Below, piece after piece: positions 31,339 to 38,577 of a DNA stretch of 64,000 nucleotides; within the stretch, counting starts at the first letter, position 1; each line of letters begins with the position of its first letter. The stretch is from assembly GCA_045637805.1 (NCBI GenBank), contig JAZUAE010000012.1, positions 135,532 to 199,531 on the forward strand, read 5' to 3'. Source of the stretch: Clostridia bacterium. GTDB taxonomy: Bacteria > Bacillota > Clostridia > Christensenellales > UBA1242. The notes beneath the pieces were generated by a model. The model was not told where the DNA came from. It worked only from the letters and a program-made list of their open reading frames with translations, and did no database searches. A program made the position numbers and the translations under genes.

Positions 31339-32478
31339 ATGACGGTTAAAGAGTATTTAATTAATGAGTTTGGGTTTACTGAAAGCAAAGCTGAGGATAT
31401 TTTAAGAGTATCAAGAATGACAGATATTGAGCTTGTAAAAAGTAAACTTAAAGAAATTTCACATTTCTTAAATCTTAATGTAAACGAACTAAAGAAGACT
31501 ATTTCTAGCTGGCCACAAACATTAAACATTAGCGTAGAAAATGTAAAAGGAAAGGCTGAGTTTTATAAAAAAGAGTATGGCATGACCCTGCCTCAGTTTA
31601 GAAAGATGGTTAAAATTAATTTTGCGCCAATTCATGCGTCAACCAAAAAAGTGAAAGAACTTGAAGATTACTATTACGTGGCTTGGGGCATGAGTAAAGA
31701 GCAATTTGTTGCTAAAATGAAACGCGTGCCAGGATTTGTCGGTATGACTCCTGAAAGCGTAGATAAGAGAACAAGAGAGATAGGGTTGCAGTATGGTATG
31801 AGCCATGGTGACCTTGAAAAGCTAGTTAAGTCTGGAACAAACTTTCCATGCGTTGCTCTAGATAAAATATATGAAATGGCAGATTTCTTTGAAAGAGAGT
31901 TTTTTATAGATGGAGATACTTTTGGGAAAATGCTCGTTTCAGGCAAACCTATTTCTTACACAAAAGAAAAGATTACTGAAAATTATGAGTATCTTAAAAA
32001 AAGATTTGCGCTTTCTAAATTGCAATATGGCACAATGATTCAAAGATGCCCAACAGTGCTCGGTTTTTCATCAAAAACGCTTGAGGGACGTATTGCTAAA
32101 CTTCAAGAACTTGGTTTAGACTTAGACACAATAGTGGATAGGGCGCGCACTCTAACCGTTAACCAGAGCAAAATGAAGGCAAGATACATGTACGCTAAAC
32201 TTAATGGTTGCACAGAAGATAAATTTCTAAGTAACGGTTTTATGTATGATATTAAGAACGTACATGCAAGAACTGTGTATGTAAAAAATGAGAATTTGCC
32301 GATGAGTTATATCTATCTTCCTGAAAAGAAGTTTGCTATGCGTACAGGTGTAAAAACTGCCGAAATTATAAGTGAAAATTTCAATATGAATGATTTATAT
32401 GAATATTTGCAATCACAATATAATGCATCATTTGAAGATGGTGTAACTTTAGCTGAGGAGGATATGGTAAATGACTAA
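31339..32478 (+). CDS. mTERF-like helical-repeat protein (379 aa)
   Basis: AAAGGAG RBS. About 9 consecutive ~35-aa units of the form G(M/F/L)(S/T)..(Q/E)(F/L)..(M/L)(V/I)...P.(V/I)(L/G)..S...(L/V)..(K/R)...(L/F). Example: RCPTVLGFSSKTLEGRIAKLQELGLDLDTIVD. Confidence 0.6.
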   Translation: MTVKEYLINEFGFTESKAEDILRVSRMTDIELVKSKLKEISHFLNLNVNELKKTISSWPQTLNISVENVKGKAEFYKKEYGMTLPQFRKMVKINFAPIHASTKKVKELEDYYYVAWGMSKEQFVAKMKRVPGFVGMTPESVDKRTREIGLQYGMSHGDLEKLVKSGTNFPCVALDKIYEMADFFEREFFIDGDTFGKMLVSGKPISYTKEKITENYEYLKKRFALSKLQYGTMIQRCPTVLGFSSKTLEGRIAKLQELGLDLDTIVDRARTLTVNQSKMKARYMYAKLNGCTEDKFLSNGFMYDIKNVHARTVYVKNENLPMSYIYLPEKKFAMRTGVKTAEIISENFNMNDLYEYLQSQYNASFEDGVTLAEEDMVND

Positions 32479-32755
32479 GAAAACTCTCTTATATTTAAAA
32501 GATCTTGGTCTTTCTGCTGAAGACGTTGAAATTCTCTTGGAGGTCGCTCCAGAAATAATGGACGCAGCAGATGACGATATTATAAAAAATATTGAACTTG
32601 TGATCAGTTATGGTTATCCGAGATTAGATATCGGAACCTTAATTCAGGTAAACCCATTATTTTTAATCATTTCTGAGGAACTTTTAGATGACTTGCTCAG
32701 AGATCTCGGCTCAAACATTGAGGAAAAATTAAAAGCAAACCCATTCTTGATTTAA
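32471..32755 (+). CDS. Small mTERF-like repeat protein (94 aa)
   Basis: Start overlaps the upstream stop (ATGACTAA). YLKDLGLSAEDVEILLEVAPEIMDAADDDIIKNIELVISYGYPRLDIGTLIQVNPLFLIISEELLDDLLRDLG closely follows the plant/animal mTERF motif (FL..LG.S...I..I....P.IL..S.E..L). Confidence 0.6.
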   Translation: MTKKTLLYLKDLGLSAEDVEILLEVAPEIMDAADDDIIKNIELVISYGYPRLDIGTLIQVNPLFLIISEELLDDLLRDLGSNIEEKLKANPFLI

Positions 32756-32781
32756 TATTAATAGTTAAAAGTAGGTGAGTT

Positions 32782-33363
32782 ATGAATATTGAAAAAGAAG
32801 TACGCTATAGAGTAAATAAACAGCAAATTAAGAACATTCTTGTGGCTACAGAGGCTTATAAAGAAAGAGTAAGAATGTTGGACATGACTTTTGGTTATAA
32901 TGGTTTCGAATCTCTATCAAAATTTGGTTTTATTTGTAGAATTAGGCAAAAACCAAACAAAATTGCACTTGAAGTAAAGAAGAAAATTCCTGAGGGGTGG
33001 CTTGAACAAGAAATTAAGCTTGATAATCTCTCTGATGGCATTAATTACTTTAATCTTGTTGGAATGACTTGCTATATGTATCTTGATAGATATAGAGAAG
33101 TGAGAAAGTTTGGCAATTTAAAAATATTTATCGACGAAATTGATGTTGTGGGTGATTTTGTTGAAATCGAGTATCAAGATTCAAATGAAGGAAAATTAGA
33201 AATAAACTCTTTTCTAAAAAGCGTAGGACTCCAAAATGCAAAAGAAGAGGAGCTCTATGGTGATATTATTAAAAAACAACTAGAGACTGACAGCGACTTT
33301 GCAGAAAAATATAAAAAGGGACTAGAAGGGATAATTAATAATTCAAAAACAAACTGTTTTTAA
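32782..33363 (+). CDS. CYTH-domain protein (CyaB/ThTPase superfamily)
   Basis: N-terminal EKEVRY (ExExK/R signature). Central ...LEVKKK... and C-terminal IFIDEIDVVGDFVEIEY strands typical of the CYTH tunnel fold. Confidence 0.7.
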   Translation: MNIEKEVRYRVNKQQIKNILVATEAYKERVRMLDMTFGYNGFESLSKFGFICRIRQKPNKIALEVKKKIPEGWLEQEIKLDNLSDGINYFNLVGMTCYMYLDRYREVRKFGNLKIFIDEIDVVGDFVEIEYQDSNEGKLEINSFLKSVGLQNAKEEELYGDIIKKQLETDSDFAEKYKKGLEGIINNSKTNCF

Positions 33364-33379
33364 TGTACAGGCTAGATTA

Positions 33380-33407
33380 TTGACAATATATGAAAATCTG
33401 ATATAAT
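33380..33407 (+). promoter_or_regulatory. Sigma-70 type promoter (TTGACA-16-TATAAT)
   Basis: Perfect -35 at 33380-33385 and perfect -10 at 33402-33407. This places the GTG at 33408 from the ORF track outside the likely transcript. Confidence 0.65.
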
Positions 33408-33434
33408 GTGAATAATAAAATTTTGAGGTGTTTT

Positions 33435-34223
33435 ATGGCAATTCAAAAGGTGAATGGAATAATTCCTAAAGAGATTGTTGATGCTGTGGCAAATAATGGT
33501 GTTGAAGAAATTATAGGCTTATCTATAAAACAAGATGTGTCACAACCACAAAAATTGTCTAGAGCAGATAAAAAATTCAACGCATTAAGACAAAAAATGA
33601 TAGCAGAGGCTTTTTGTATATCAAAAGAAGAACTTGCAACTTTTTATGCTGATTACGAGGCGGGATTAAATGGTGACACGAGAAAAAATGATAATAGAAT
33701 AGACAAACTTAGACGCCAACGTGGTATTTTTCGTGTTCAGCGAGGTTCTAATATTAATGATAAAAATGATACAATTAGAAATGCTGTTACGAATATCACA
33801 ACGTTGTTTTTAGGTGTAATTATACCTAATGAGTTTATAACACTACCTATAAGATTCGCCGCTTGTTCTATAGGTATAGGGTATAGTGTTTATAGATATA
33901 ACAAACGTAAACATGGTAATCGTTGTGATGAATTTGCAAAACAAGAAAGTTATGAAAAAAGTTTAAATGCGTTTATTGAAGACGCTAAAAGACTTGATCA
34001 GGCAATGTATGAAGATAGGGAATATATTAGCGATGCAAAAAAAGCTTTGAGCAGACGTGAATATAATGAATTTAGAAAAGAGTATTTAAAAGAAAAAATT
34101 GAAGAGCTAAATATTGAATCTCCATTTTTAACAGACAAAAAGATTAAACAAAAGTTGAAAGATATGCCAAGCAATGTAAATGCTGGTTTTAATAAAAGTT
34201 TATTTGCTGAGGTGGTTGTGTAA
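33435..34223 (+). CDS. Membrane protein (262 aa) with central hydrophobic hairpin and coiled-coil-like C-terminus
   Basis: Start moved to ATG 33435 behind TGAGGTG. Hydrophobic stretch NITTLFLGVIIPNEFITLPIRFAACSIGIGYSVY. Confidence 0.65.
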   Translation: MAIQKVNGIIPKEIVDAVANNGVEEIIGLSIKQDVSQPQKLSRADKKFNALRQKMIAEAFCISKEELATFYADYEAGLNGDTRKNDNRIDKLRRQRGIFRVQRGSNINDKNDTIRNAVTNITTLFLGVIIPNEFITLPIRFAACSIGIGYSVYRYNKRKHGNRCDEFAKQESYEKSLNAFIEDAKRLDQAMYEDREYISDAKKALSRREYNEFRKEYLKEKIEELNIESPFLTDKKIKQKLKDMPSNVNAGFNKSLFAEVVV

Positions 34224-34480
34224 TGTTTGTATCGAAAATCGGTGATATAATAAGTTGTGATAACGGTGTGTACGAAGTTATTCATCAGTTTACATACAAT
34301 GGTGAAGAGTTTGTATTGCTGAGCACACTATCTGCTAGTTTTATTGATGTGTTAACGGAGCAAGTTCCAGTGTATATAGCAAAAGAACTGGTTTCAAAAG
34401 ATGGGGAACAATACGCTTTAGATTTTAGTGAAGACAAAAAATTAATAAAAAATATTATTGAATATTTAAAACAAAAGTAA
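34223..34480 (+). CDS. Small acidic protein (85 aa; DUF1292-like resemblance only)
   Basis: TAATG stop-start overlap with the upstream gene; followed by a terminator. Confidence 0.55.
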   Translation: MFVSKIGDIISCDNGVYEVIHQFTYNGEEFVLLSTLSASFIDVLTEQVPVYIAKELVSKDGEQYALDFSEDKKLIKNIIEYLKQK

Positions 34481-34522
34481 AAATAAAAAACTTGATTTAA
34501 GCTTCGACCCCAACCAGACAAT

Positions 34523-34552
34523 AAAAAAAGCGGGCAAAATGCCTGCTTTTTA
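34523..34552 (+). terminator. Rho-independent terminator
   Basis: AGCGGGC-AAAAT-GCCTGCT hairpin followed by T5. Confidence 0.8.
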
Positions 34553-34663
34553 ATTTGAGCGAAAATTATTTATAATTTTTACAACAAAAAAACAACAAAC
34601 AAAAAATCGGGGTCCCCGAAAAGTTTTTTGTAAAAAACTTTATGGGGAAAGGAAAAGCAGTGC

Positions 34664-34698
34664 ATAAAAAAACCAAATAGCATTTTTGCTATTTGGTT
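34664..34698 (-). terminator. Terminator downstream of tRNA-Leu(CAA)
   Basis: 12-bp stem AACCAAATAGCA-TTTT-TGCTATTTGGTT, with a U-run on the minus strand (the A7 run on plus). Confidence 0.75.
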
Positions 34699-34721
34699 TA
34701 CCAAAGCACTTGCTTTGACGC

Positions 34722-34807
34722 TGGTGCCGGTAGTCGGGGTCGAACCGACATGAAGTTTCCCTCGGCAGATTTTGAGTCTGCTGCGTCTGCCATTCCGCCA
34801 CACCGGC
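34722..34807 (-). tRNA. tRNA-Leu (anticodon CAA), CCA encoded
   Basis: Reverse complement is GCCGGTGTGGCGGAATGGCAGACGCAGCAGACTCAAAATCTGCCGAGGGAAACTTCATGTCGGTTCGACCCCGACTACCGGCACCA. It has a 7-bp acceptor stem, anticodon loop CTCAAAA, a long variable arm and a GGTTCGA T-loop. Confidence 0.92.
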
Positions 34808-34925
34808 TAGATAACTGTAATTTTATCACATACAAACTTAAATTGCAACAAACTTTACAATTTTGCAAAATGTTTTTGCATTATATTTTGTTTTTTGATA
34901 TACTAATAATATATAGAGGTGCGTT

Positions 34926-35288
34926 ATGGAAGATATTTTTACAATGAGATTAGATAAAGAATATTTTGATCTGATTTCTTCTGGCAAAAAAACTTATGAA
35001 ATAAGATTGAACGACGCTAAAAGAAGAGAGATTCAAGTTGGTAATTATATTACATTTATAAGCCGAGAAGATGAAAATAAAACTTGTGATTGTGTTGTTG
35101 AGCAATTACTATATTTTGATTCTTTTGTTGAATTGTTTAGTTCTATACGCAAAGAGGATTGCGGATTTAAAAACTCGCTTACTGCTGACCAAATTGAAGA
35201 TATCTTCTTAAAATTTTATACAGCAAAAGAGTTAGACGAATACGGAATTGTAGCCATTAAGATAAAGAAAATAAAAATTACAAAATAA
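34926..35288 (+). CDS. ASCH (PUA-like) domain protein
   Basis: GAGGTG RBS. MRLDKEYFDLISSGKKTYEIRLNDAKRREIQVGNYITF matches the ASCH N-terminal pattern (yf..I.sGkKt.E.Rlnd.kr..i..Gd.i.f). Confidence 0.7.
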   Translation: MEDIFTMRLDKEYFDLISSGKKTYEIRLNDAKRREIQVGNYITFISREDENKTCDCVVEQLLYFDSFVELFSSIRKEDCGFKNSLTADQIEDIFLKFYTAKELDEYGIVAIKIKKIKITK

Positions 35289-35300
35289 ATCAAAAAACTC

Positions 35301-35329
35301 TTTACAAATTACAATCGATGAGATATAAT
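35301..35329 (+). promoter_or_regulatory. Promoter for tRNA-Leu (TTTACA-17-TATAAT)
   Basis: -35 at 35301-35306 and -10 at 35324-35329, about 23 nt upstream of the tRNA 5' end. Confidence 0.55.
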
Positions 35330-35351
35330 AATTTCATTCCACCAAAGATAT

Positions 35352-35437
35352 GCGAGGATGGCGGAATCGGTAGACGCGCTCGTTTAAGGGGCGAGTGGTT
35401 AACAGCCGTGAGAGTTCGAGTCTCTTTCCTCGCACCA
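35352..35437 (+). tRNA. tRNA-Leu, anticodon AAG by canonical hand fold, CCA encoded
   Basis: GCGAGGATGGCGGAATCGGTAGACGCGCTCGTTTAAGGGGCGAGTGGTTAACAGCCGTGAGAGTTCGAGTCTCTTTCCTCGCACCA. Acceptor GCGAGGA/TCCTCGC. Anticodon stem CTCGT/GCGAG leaves loop TTAAGGG (U33, A34-A35-G36, G37). Long variable arm and TTCGAGT T-loop. Confidence 0.85.
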
Positions 35438-35447
35438 CAAATAAAAG

Positions 35448-35472
35448 CAACCACGAAAGTGGTTGTTTTTTT
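35448..35472 (+). terminator. Rho-independent terminator after tRNA-Leu
   Basis: CAACCAC-GAAA-GTGGTTG hairpin followed by T7. Confidence 0.85.
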
Positions 35473-35494
35473 GTGGTAAAATTTATAAATAATT

Positions 35495-35620
35495 TTCGCT
35501 CAGAACTCAGTTCGTAAGTGGCTCGCCTTTGGATCAAACCAAAGCTCACTTTACTCACTGACTGCGTTGTTCGCTTATTGTGTCCACCGGACACCGCTCA
35601 CATACTCGTCCTCGCACCAT
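35495..35620. repeat. Chain of short hairpins, possibly a degenerate relative of the heptamer-hairpin repeat
   Basis: Hairpins GAAC-TCA-GTTC, CTTTGG-ATCAAA-CCAAAG and GTCC-ACC-GGAC. Strings shared with the other loci are TAAGTG, GCTCGCC and CGCTCACA. It lacks ATGAAGA linkers. Confidence 0.3.
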
Positions 35621-35621
35621 T

Positions 35622-35651
35622 AAAAAAGCAGGCTTCATGCCTGCCTTTTTT
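35622..35651 (+). terminator. Rho-independent terminator
   Basis: GCAGGC-TTCAT-GCCTGC hairpin followed by a T-run. Confidence 0.75.
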
Positions 35652-35830
35652 AATGTTTGAAAAAGACTTGACTGGAATATGCTCTAGCGTGACGAGTGTA
35701 AACAAAATCTATTGCGGAAAATGACAAAGCAACAGATTTGGTAAGATTTGCGAAGTAGTTTTGTTAAAAACTTAAAATTAAAAACTGTAAAAAATAAAAT
35801 AAAAAGATGTCGAAAAACTTTGTGTTTTAG

Positions 35831-35858
35831 TTGACTCGGGGGGGGTATATGATACACT
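35831..35858 (+). promoter_or_regulatory. Candidate promoter with G8 homopolymer in the spacer (TTGACT-16-TGaTACACT)
   Basis: -35 TTGACT at 35831-35836, G8 at 35838-35845, and an extended -10 TG-a-TACACT at 35850-35858. It lies 50 nt upstream of the lipoprotein ATG. Confidence 0.5.
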
Positions 35859-35907
35859 TTCCTTAAGTGTAAAACGCTGAAAGCGTTTATAATAAAAGGA
35901 GAAAAAA

Positions 35908-36693
35908 ATGAAAAAGAAATTGTTAAGTATTGTTGTTAGCATTTGTTTCATACTACCTTGCGCAATTATGCTAGCAGCTTGCGGTGCTAATCCTAATAAT
36001 CCTCATACCCATGTGTATGATGAGGCTTGGACAAAAAACGAAACACATCACTGGCATAAATGTAAAGGTTGTGATGAAATAAAAGAAAAAGCAGAACACA
36101 ACTGGGACGATGGTGAGATTACAACACCTGCTTCGCCAACAACAGACGGTGTAAAGACTTATACTTGCGAAGATTGTGAAGCAACAAAAACTGAGCCTGT
36201 TGAGTATGTTCCAAGAGCTACAGTTACAGACGATGAATGGACTGACGCTTTAGCATTTCATTTGATAGCTAATTATCAGATGGAAGCTCTTATGGGTGAT
36301 TCAGAAATGGTTGTAGTAAAGAATGGCGATAAAATTAAAGTTTATGTGCCAGGACAAGAAGATTTTGCTGAATATTATGTAAAAGATAATGATAAATATT
36401 ATAAATATTATATCGATAGTGAAGAATATAAAGTAGAAGAAACGACAAAAGAAAGTTTTGATGCGTATGCTAACATATTTACAGGTGTTGATATAAATTT
36501 TGCTGATTTTGAATATCAAGCTGATGAAAAATTATATTTTATTGAACAACTTGGTGGCATGACAAATGTTAACTTCTATTTTGAAGATGGTGTACTTGTA
36601 AAAGGAACAGGTGAAATGTCAGGAACAAATGTTGTATATACTTTTGAATATGAAAATATAGAGGTTAATCTTCCTGAAGTGGCAGGAGAATAA
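35908..36693 (+). CDS. Lipoprotein (261 aa)
   Basis: AAGGAG RBS. Signal peptide MKKKLLSIVVSICFILPCAIMLAAC with a lipobox (LAAC). Cys/His-rich segment HHWHKCKGCDE...YTCEDCE. Confidence 0.85.
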   Translation: MKKKLLSIVVSICFILPCAIMLAACGANPNNPHTHVYDEAWTKNETHHWHKCKGCDEIKEKAEHNWDDGEITTPASPTTDGVKTYTCEDCEATKTEPVEYVPRATVTDDEWTDALAFHLIANYQMEALMGDSEMVVVKNGDKIKVYVPGQEDFAEYYVKDNDKYYKYYIDSEEYKVEETTKESFDAYANIFTGVDINFADFEYQADEKLYFIEQLGGMTNVNFYFEDGVLVKGTGEMSGTNVVYTFEYENIEVNLPEVAGE

Positions 36694-36733
36694 TAAGGTC
36701 AAAATTTAACGATTCTATTTTTAAAACAAAAAC

Positions 36734-36779
36734 AAAACTCACAGTTGTTTACGATTAGTAAACTACAGTGAGTTTTTTT
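36734..36779. terminator. Bidirectional terminator with conserved hairpin tip
   Basis: Outer stem AAAACTCAC/GTGAGTTTT, inner stem GTTTAC/GTAAAC, loop GATTA. The 17-nt core TTTACGATTAGTAAACT (36748-36764) is identical to 46221-46237. Confidence 0.75.
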
Positions 36780-36780
36780 A

Positions 36781-37626
36781 TTACATATCAAATGTGTTTG
36801 ATTCGGCATCAGATTTAGCTGCTGCGTTTCTTATTTTTCTTTCTCTTACAGCGACATTGCTAAATTGTTGGTTTGTAGAAATGATTTCTTTGCCGTTTAT
36901 GTCAAGATAAGTATAAGATTTATCTTTTTCATTGTAGCCTAGGAAAACGTTTGGAGATTCGTATTTGATTTGTGTAAAGAAGTTAGATACACGAGTGTTA
37001 CCATTCTTCACTATAGCATCAACGTGTTTGTTGTCTATGCTAAAGTATCTGCGAATCTTATTGCCGTTTTTATCCTCGTTTGTTTCATAAATAAATGGAT
37101 GAGAGATAACGTTGAAGTCATTATCAATGTAGTAATACAATCCACTTTCATGTCTGATTACACGTTGACCATACTTATTTACATTATAAACCTCATTATA
37201 TACTGGGCTGATTGAACGATCTTTTACGTTTATAATCATCTTGCCGCCGCCATAAACATTGTTTACTAAAATTTCGCTGCTAGATAAAATTGTACCGTAC
37301 ATAAATGGTGTCCTGTAATCATATTTAGTTACGGCTGTTTCCATAACAAGGCCGTTTGGTGTAAGGCAATCTCCATAGTAATCATAAATCATTAATTTTT
37401 GATCAGCTGTTTGTGCGCAAATGTGTGCTACAGGATTAAAGCTTGAGCGATTAATAAGGCTTGATGTAGCCCAAGCAACATCGCTGCGCAAAACCTTACC
37501 CTCTAAAAGTAAGGCCTTTTTAAGACCTACACCTTTATAATATCCAAGTTCAAATCTATTTTCCCTGTCAAGTGCTTCTATGTTTTTGAATCGAATGTTG
37601 TTAATAATGTTATCAATTTTATTCAT
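36781..37626 (-). CDS. Hypothetical protein, WG-repeat-like; paralog of 40818..41630
   Basis: AGGAG RBS. N-terminus MNKIDNIINNIRFKNIE aligns with MGKINNVINKMRFKNFE of the paralog. Beta-rich repeats of the Y..V..(F/Y)...G...V......(Y/F)YI(D/N) type. Confidence 0.7.
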   Translation of the reverse strand: MNKIDNIINNIRFKNIEALDRENRFELGYYKGVGLKKALLLEGKVLRSDVAWATSSLINRSSFNPVAHICAQTADQKLMIYDYYGDCLTPNGLVMETAVTKYDYRTPFMYGTILSSSEILVNNVYGGGKMIINVKDRSISPVYNEVYNVNKYGQRVIRHESGLYYYIDNDFNVISHPFIYETNEDKNGNKIRRYFSIDNKHVDAIVKNGNTRVSNFFTQIKYESPNVFLGYNEKDKSYTYLDINGKEIISTNQQFSNVAVRERKIRNAAAKSDAESNTFDM

Positions 37627-37813
37627 AGCGTACTCCTAAATTTATATTTGCTTAATTATATAACAATAAAAAATTTTGTCAATACTGAAAGTCTTAAAAA
37701 GTGCATTTTATGAGTAAAAAATTGCCATTTTGCCATATTTTTGACCATTTTTAAGTCAAATTGTTTGCCTTAATTCGGTTTTTATATTAAACTTAATGTT
37801 GTAGGAGAAATGT

Positions 37814-38470
37814 ATGAACGAGATCGATGCAATTAAAAATAGACATTCAGTAAGAGAGTATTTAGACAAACCTATCGAGGAAGAAAAGGTTAAAAAGCTT
37901 CGCTTCGAGATAGAAAAAATAAACGCAGAGCAAAATCTCAACATTCAGCTTGTAATAGGTGACGCCGAGACTTTTAACGGCAACAAGCCACATTATGGCA
38001 GGTTTGTTGGTGTGAAAAATTACATTGCGCTCGTTGGTGAAAAATGCAAAGATTTAGATTTTAAGCTTGGTTATTTTGGTGAAAAACTTGTACTTTTAGC
38101 GCAGATTCTTGGGCTTAACACGTGTTGGGTTGCTTTGACTTACAGGAAAAACAAAGCTAAAGTTAAGGTTATGCCTTCTGAAAAACTTGTGTGTGTAATT
38201 GCTTTAGGGTATGGAAAAAATAGTGGAGTACAGCATAAAAGTAAGGATATATCCAAGGTGTCAAACGTGACAGCTGCGTCGCCTGAGTGGTTTAAAAAGT
38301 CTGTGGAGCTTGCGCTCCTTGCGCCAACAGCTATAAACCAGCAACAGTTCTTTTTCACTCTTACTGGCGAAAACGTTACTTGTAAAGCTGGAATAGGCTT
38401 TTATGCAAAAGTGGACCTTGGCATTGTAAAATACCACTTCGATGTCGGACTTAAAGAGTATAAGCTGTAA
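37814..38470 (+). CDS. Nitroreductase family protein
   Basis: AGGAG RBS. N-terminal AIKNRHSVREYLDKPIEEEKV motif; 218 aa. Confidence 0.8.
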   Translation: MNEIDAIKNRHSVREYLDKPIEEEKVKKLRFEIEKINAEQNLNIQLVIGDAETFNGNKPHYGRFVGVKNYIALVGEKCKDLDFKLGYFGEKLVLLAQILGLNTCWVALTYRKNKAKVKVMPSEKLVCVIALGYGKNSGVQHKSKDISKVSNVTAASPEWFKKSVELALLAPTAINQQQFFFTLTGENVTCKAGIGFYAKVDLGIVKYHFDVGLKEYKL

Positions 38471-38477
38471 TGAGTAT

Positions 38478-38502
38478 AAAACAGGGCAAACCCCTGTTTT
38501 TT
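38478..38502 (+). terminator. Rho-independent terminator
   Basis: ACAGGG-CAAAC-CCCTGT hairpin followed by T6. Confidence 0.8.
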
Positions 38503-38577
38503 GTTCTATAAAAATAATCTGCCTATTGAATTACAAATAATATGGTGGTATAATAGTTCTTGCTAAAAGGAGAAAGT

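Noticed and set aside
34579-35724. ORF-track entries 34579..34803(-), 34693..34947(+), 35334..35594(-) and 35518..35724(+)
   Set aside because: They overlap the two tRNA-Leu genes, terminators and the hairpin chain. They have no RBS, and their composition is tRNA-derived.
11760-35830. Recurrent (T/A)TCGA(A/C)AA strings upstream of several genes (about 11778, 17085, 17125, 21925, 31273, 35812) as a shared regulator site
   Set aside because: The motif is too short and its position relative to the -35/-10 elements varies. Significance cannot be shown without genome-wide statistics.
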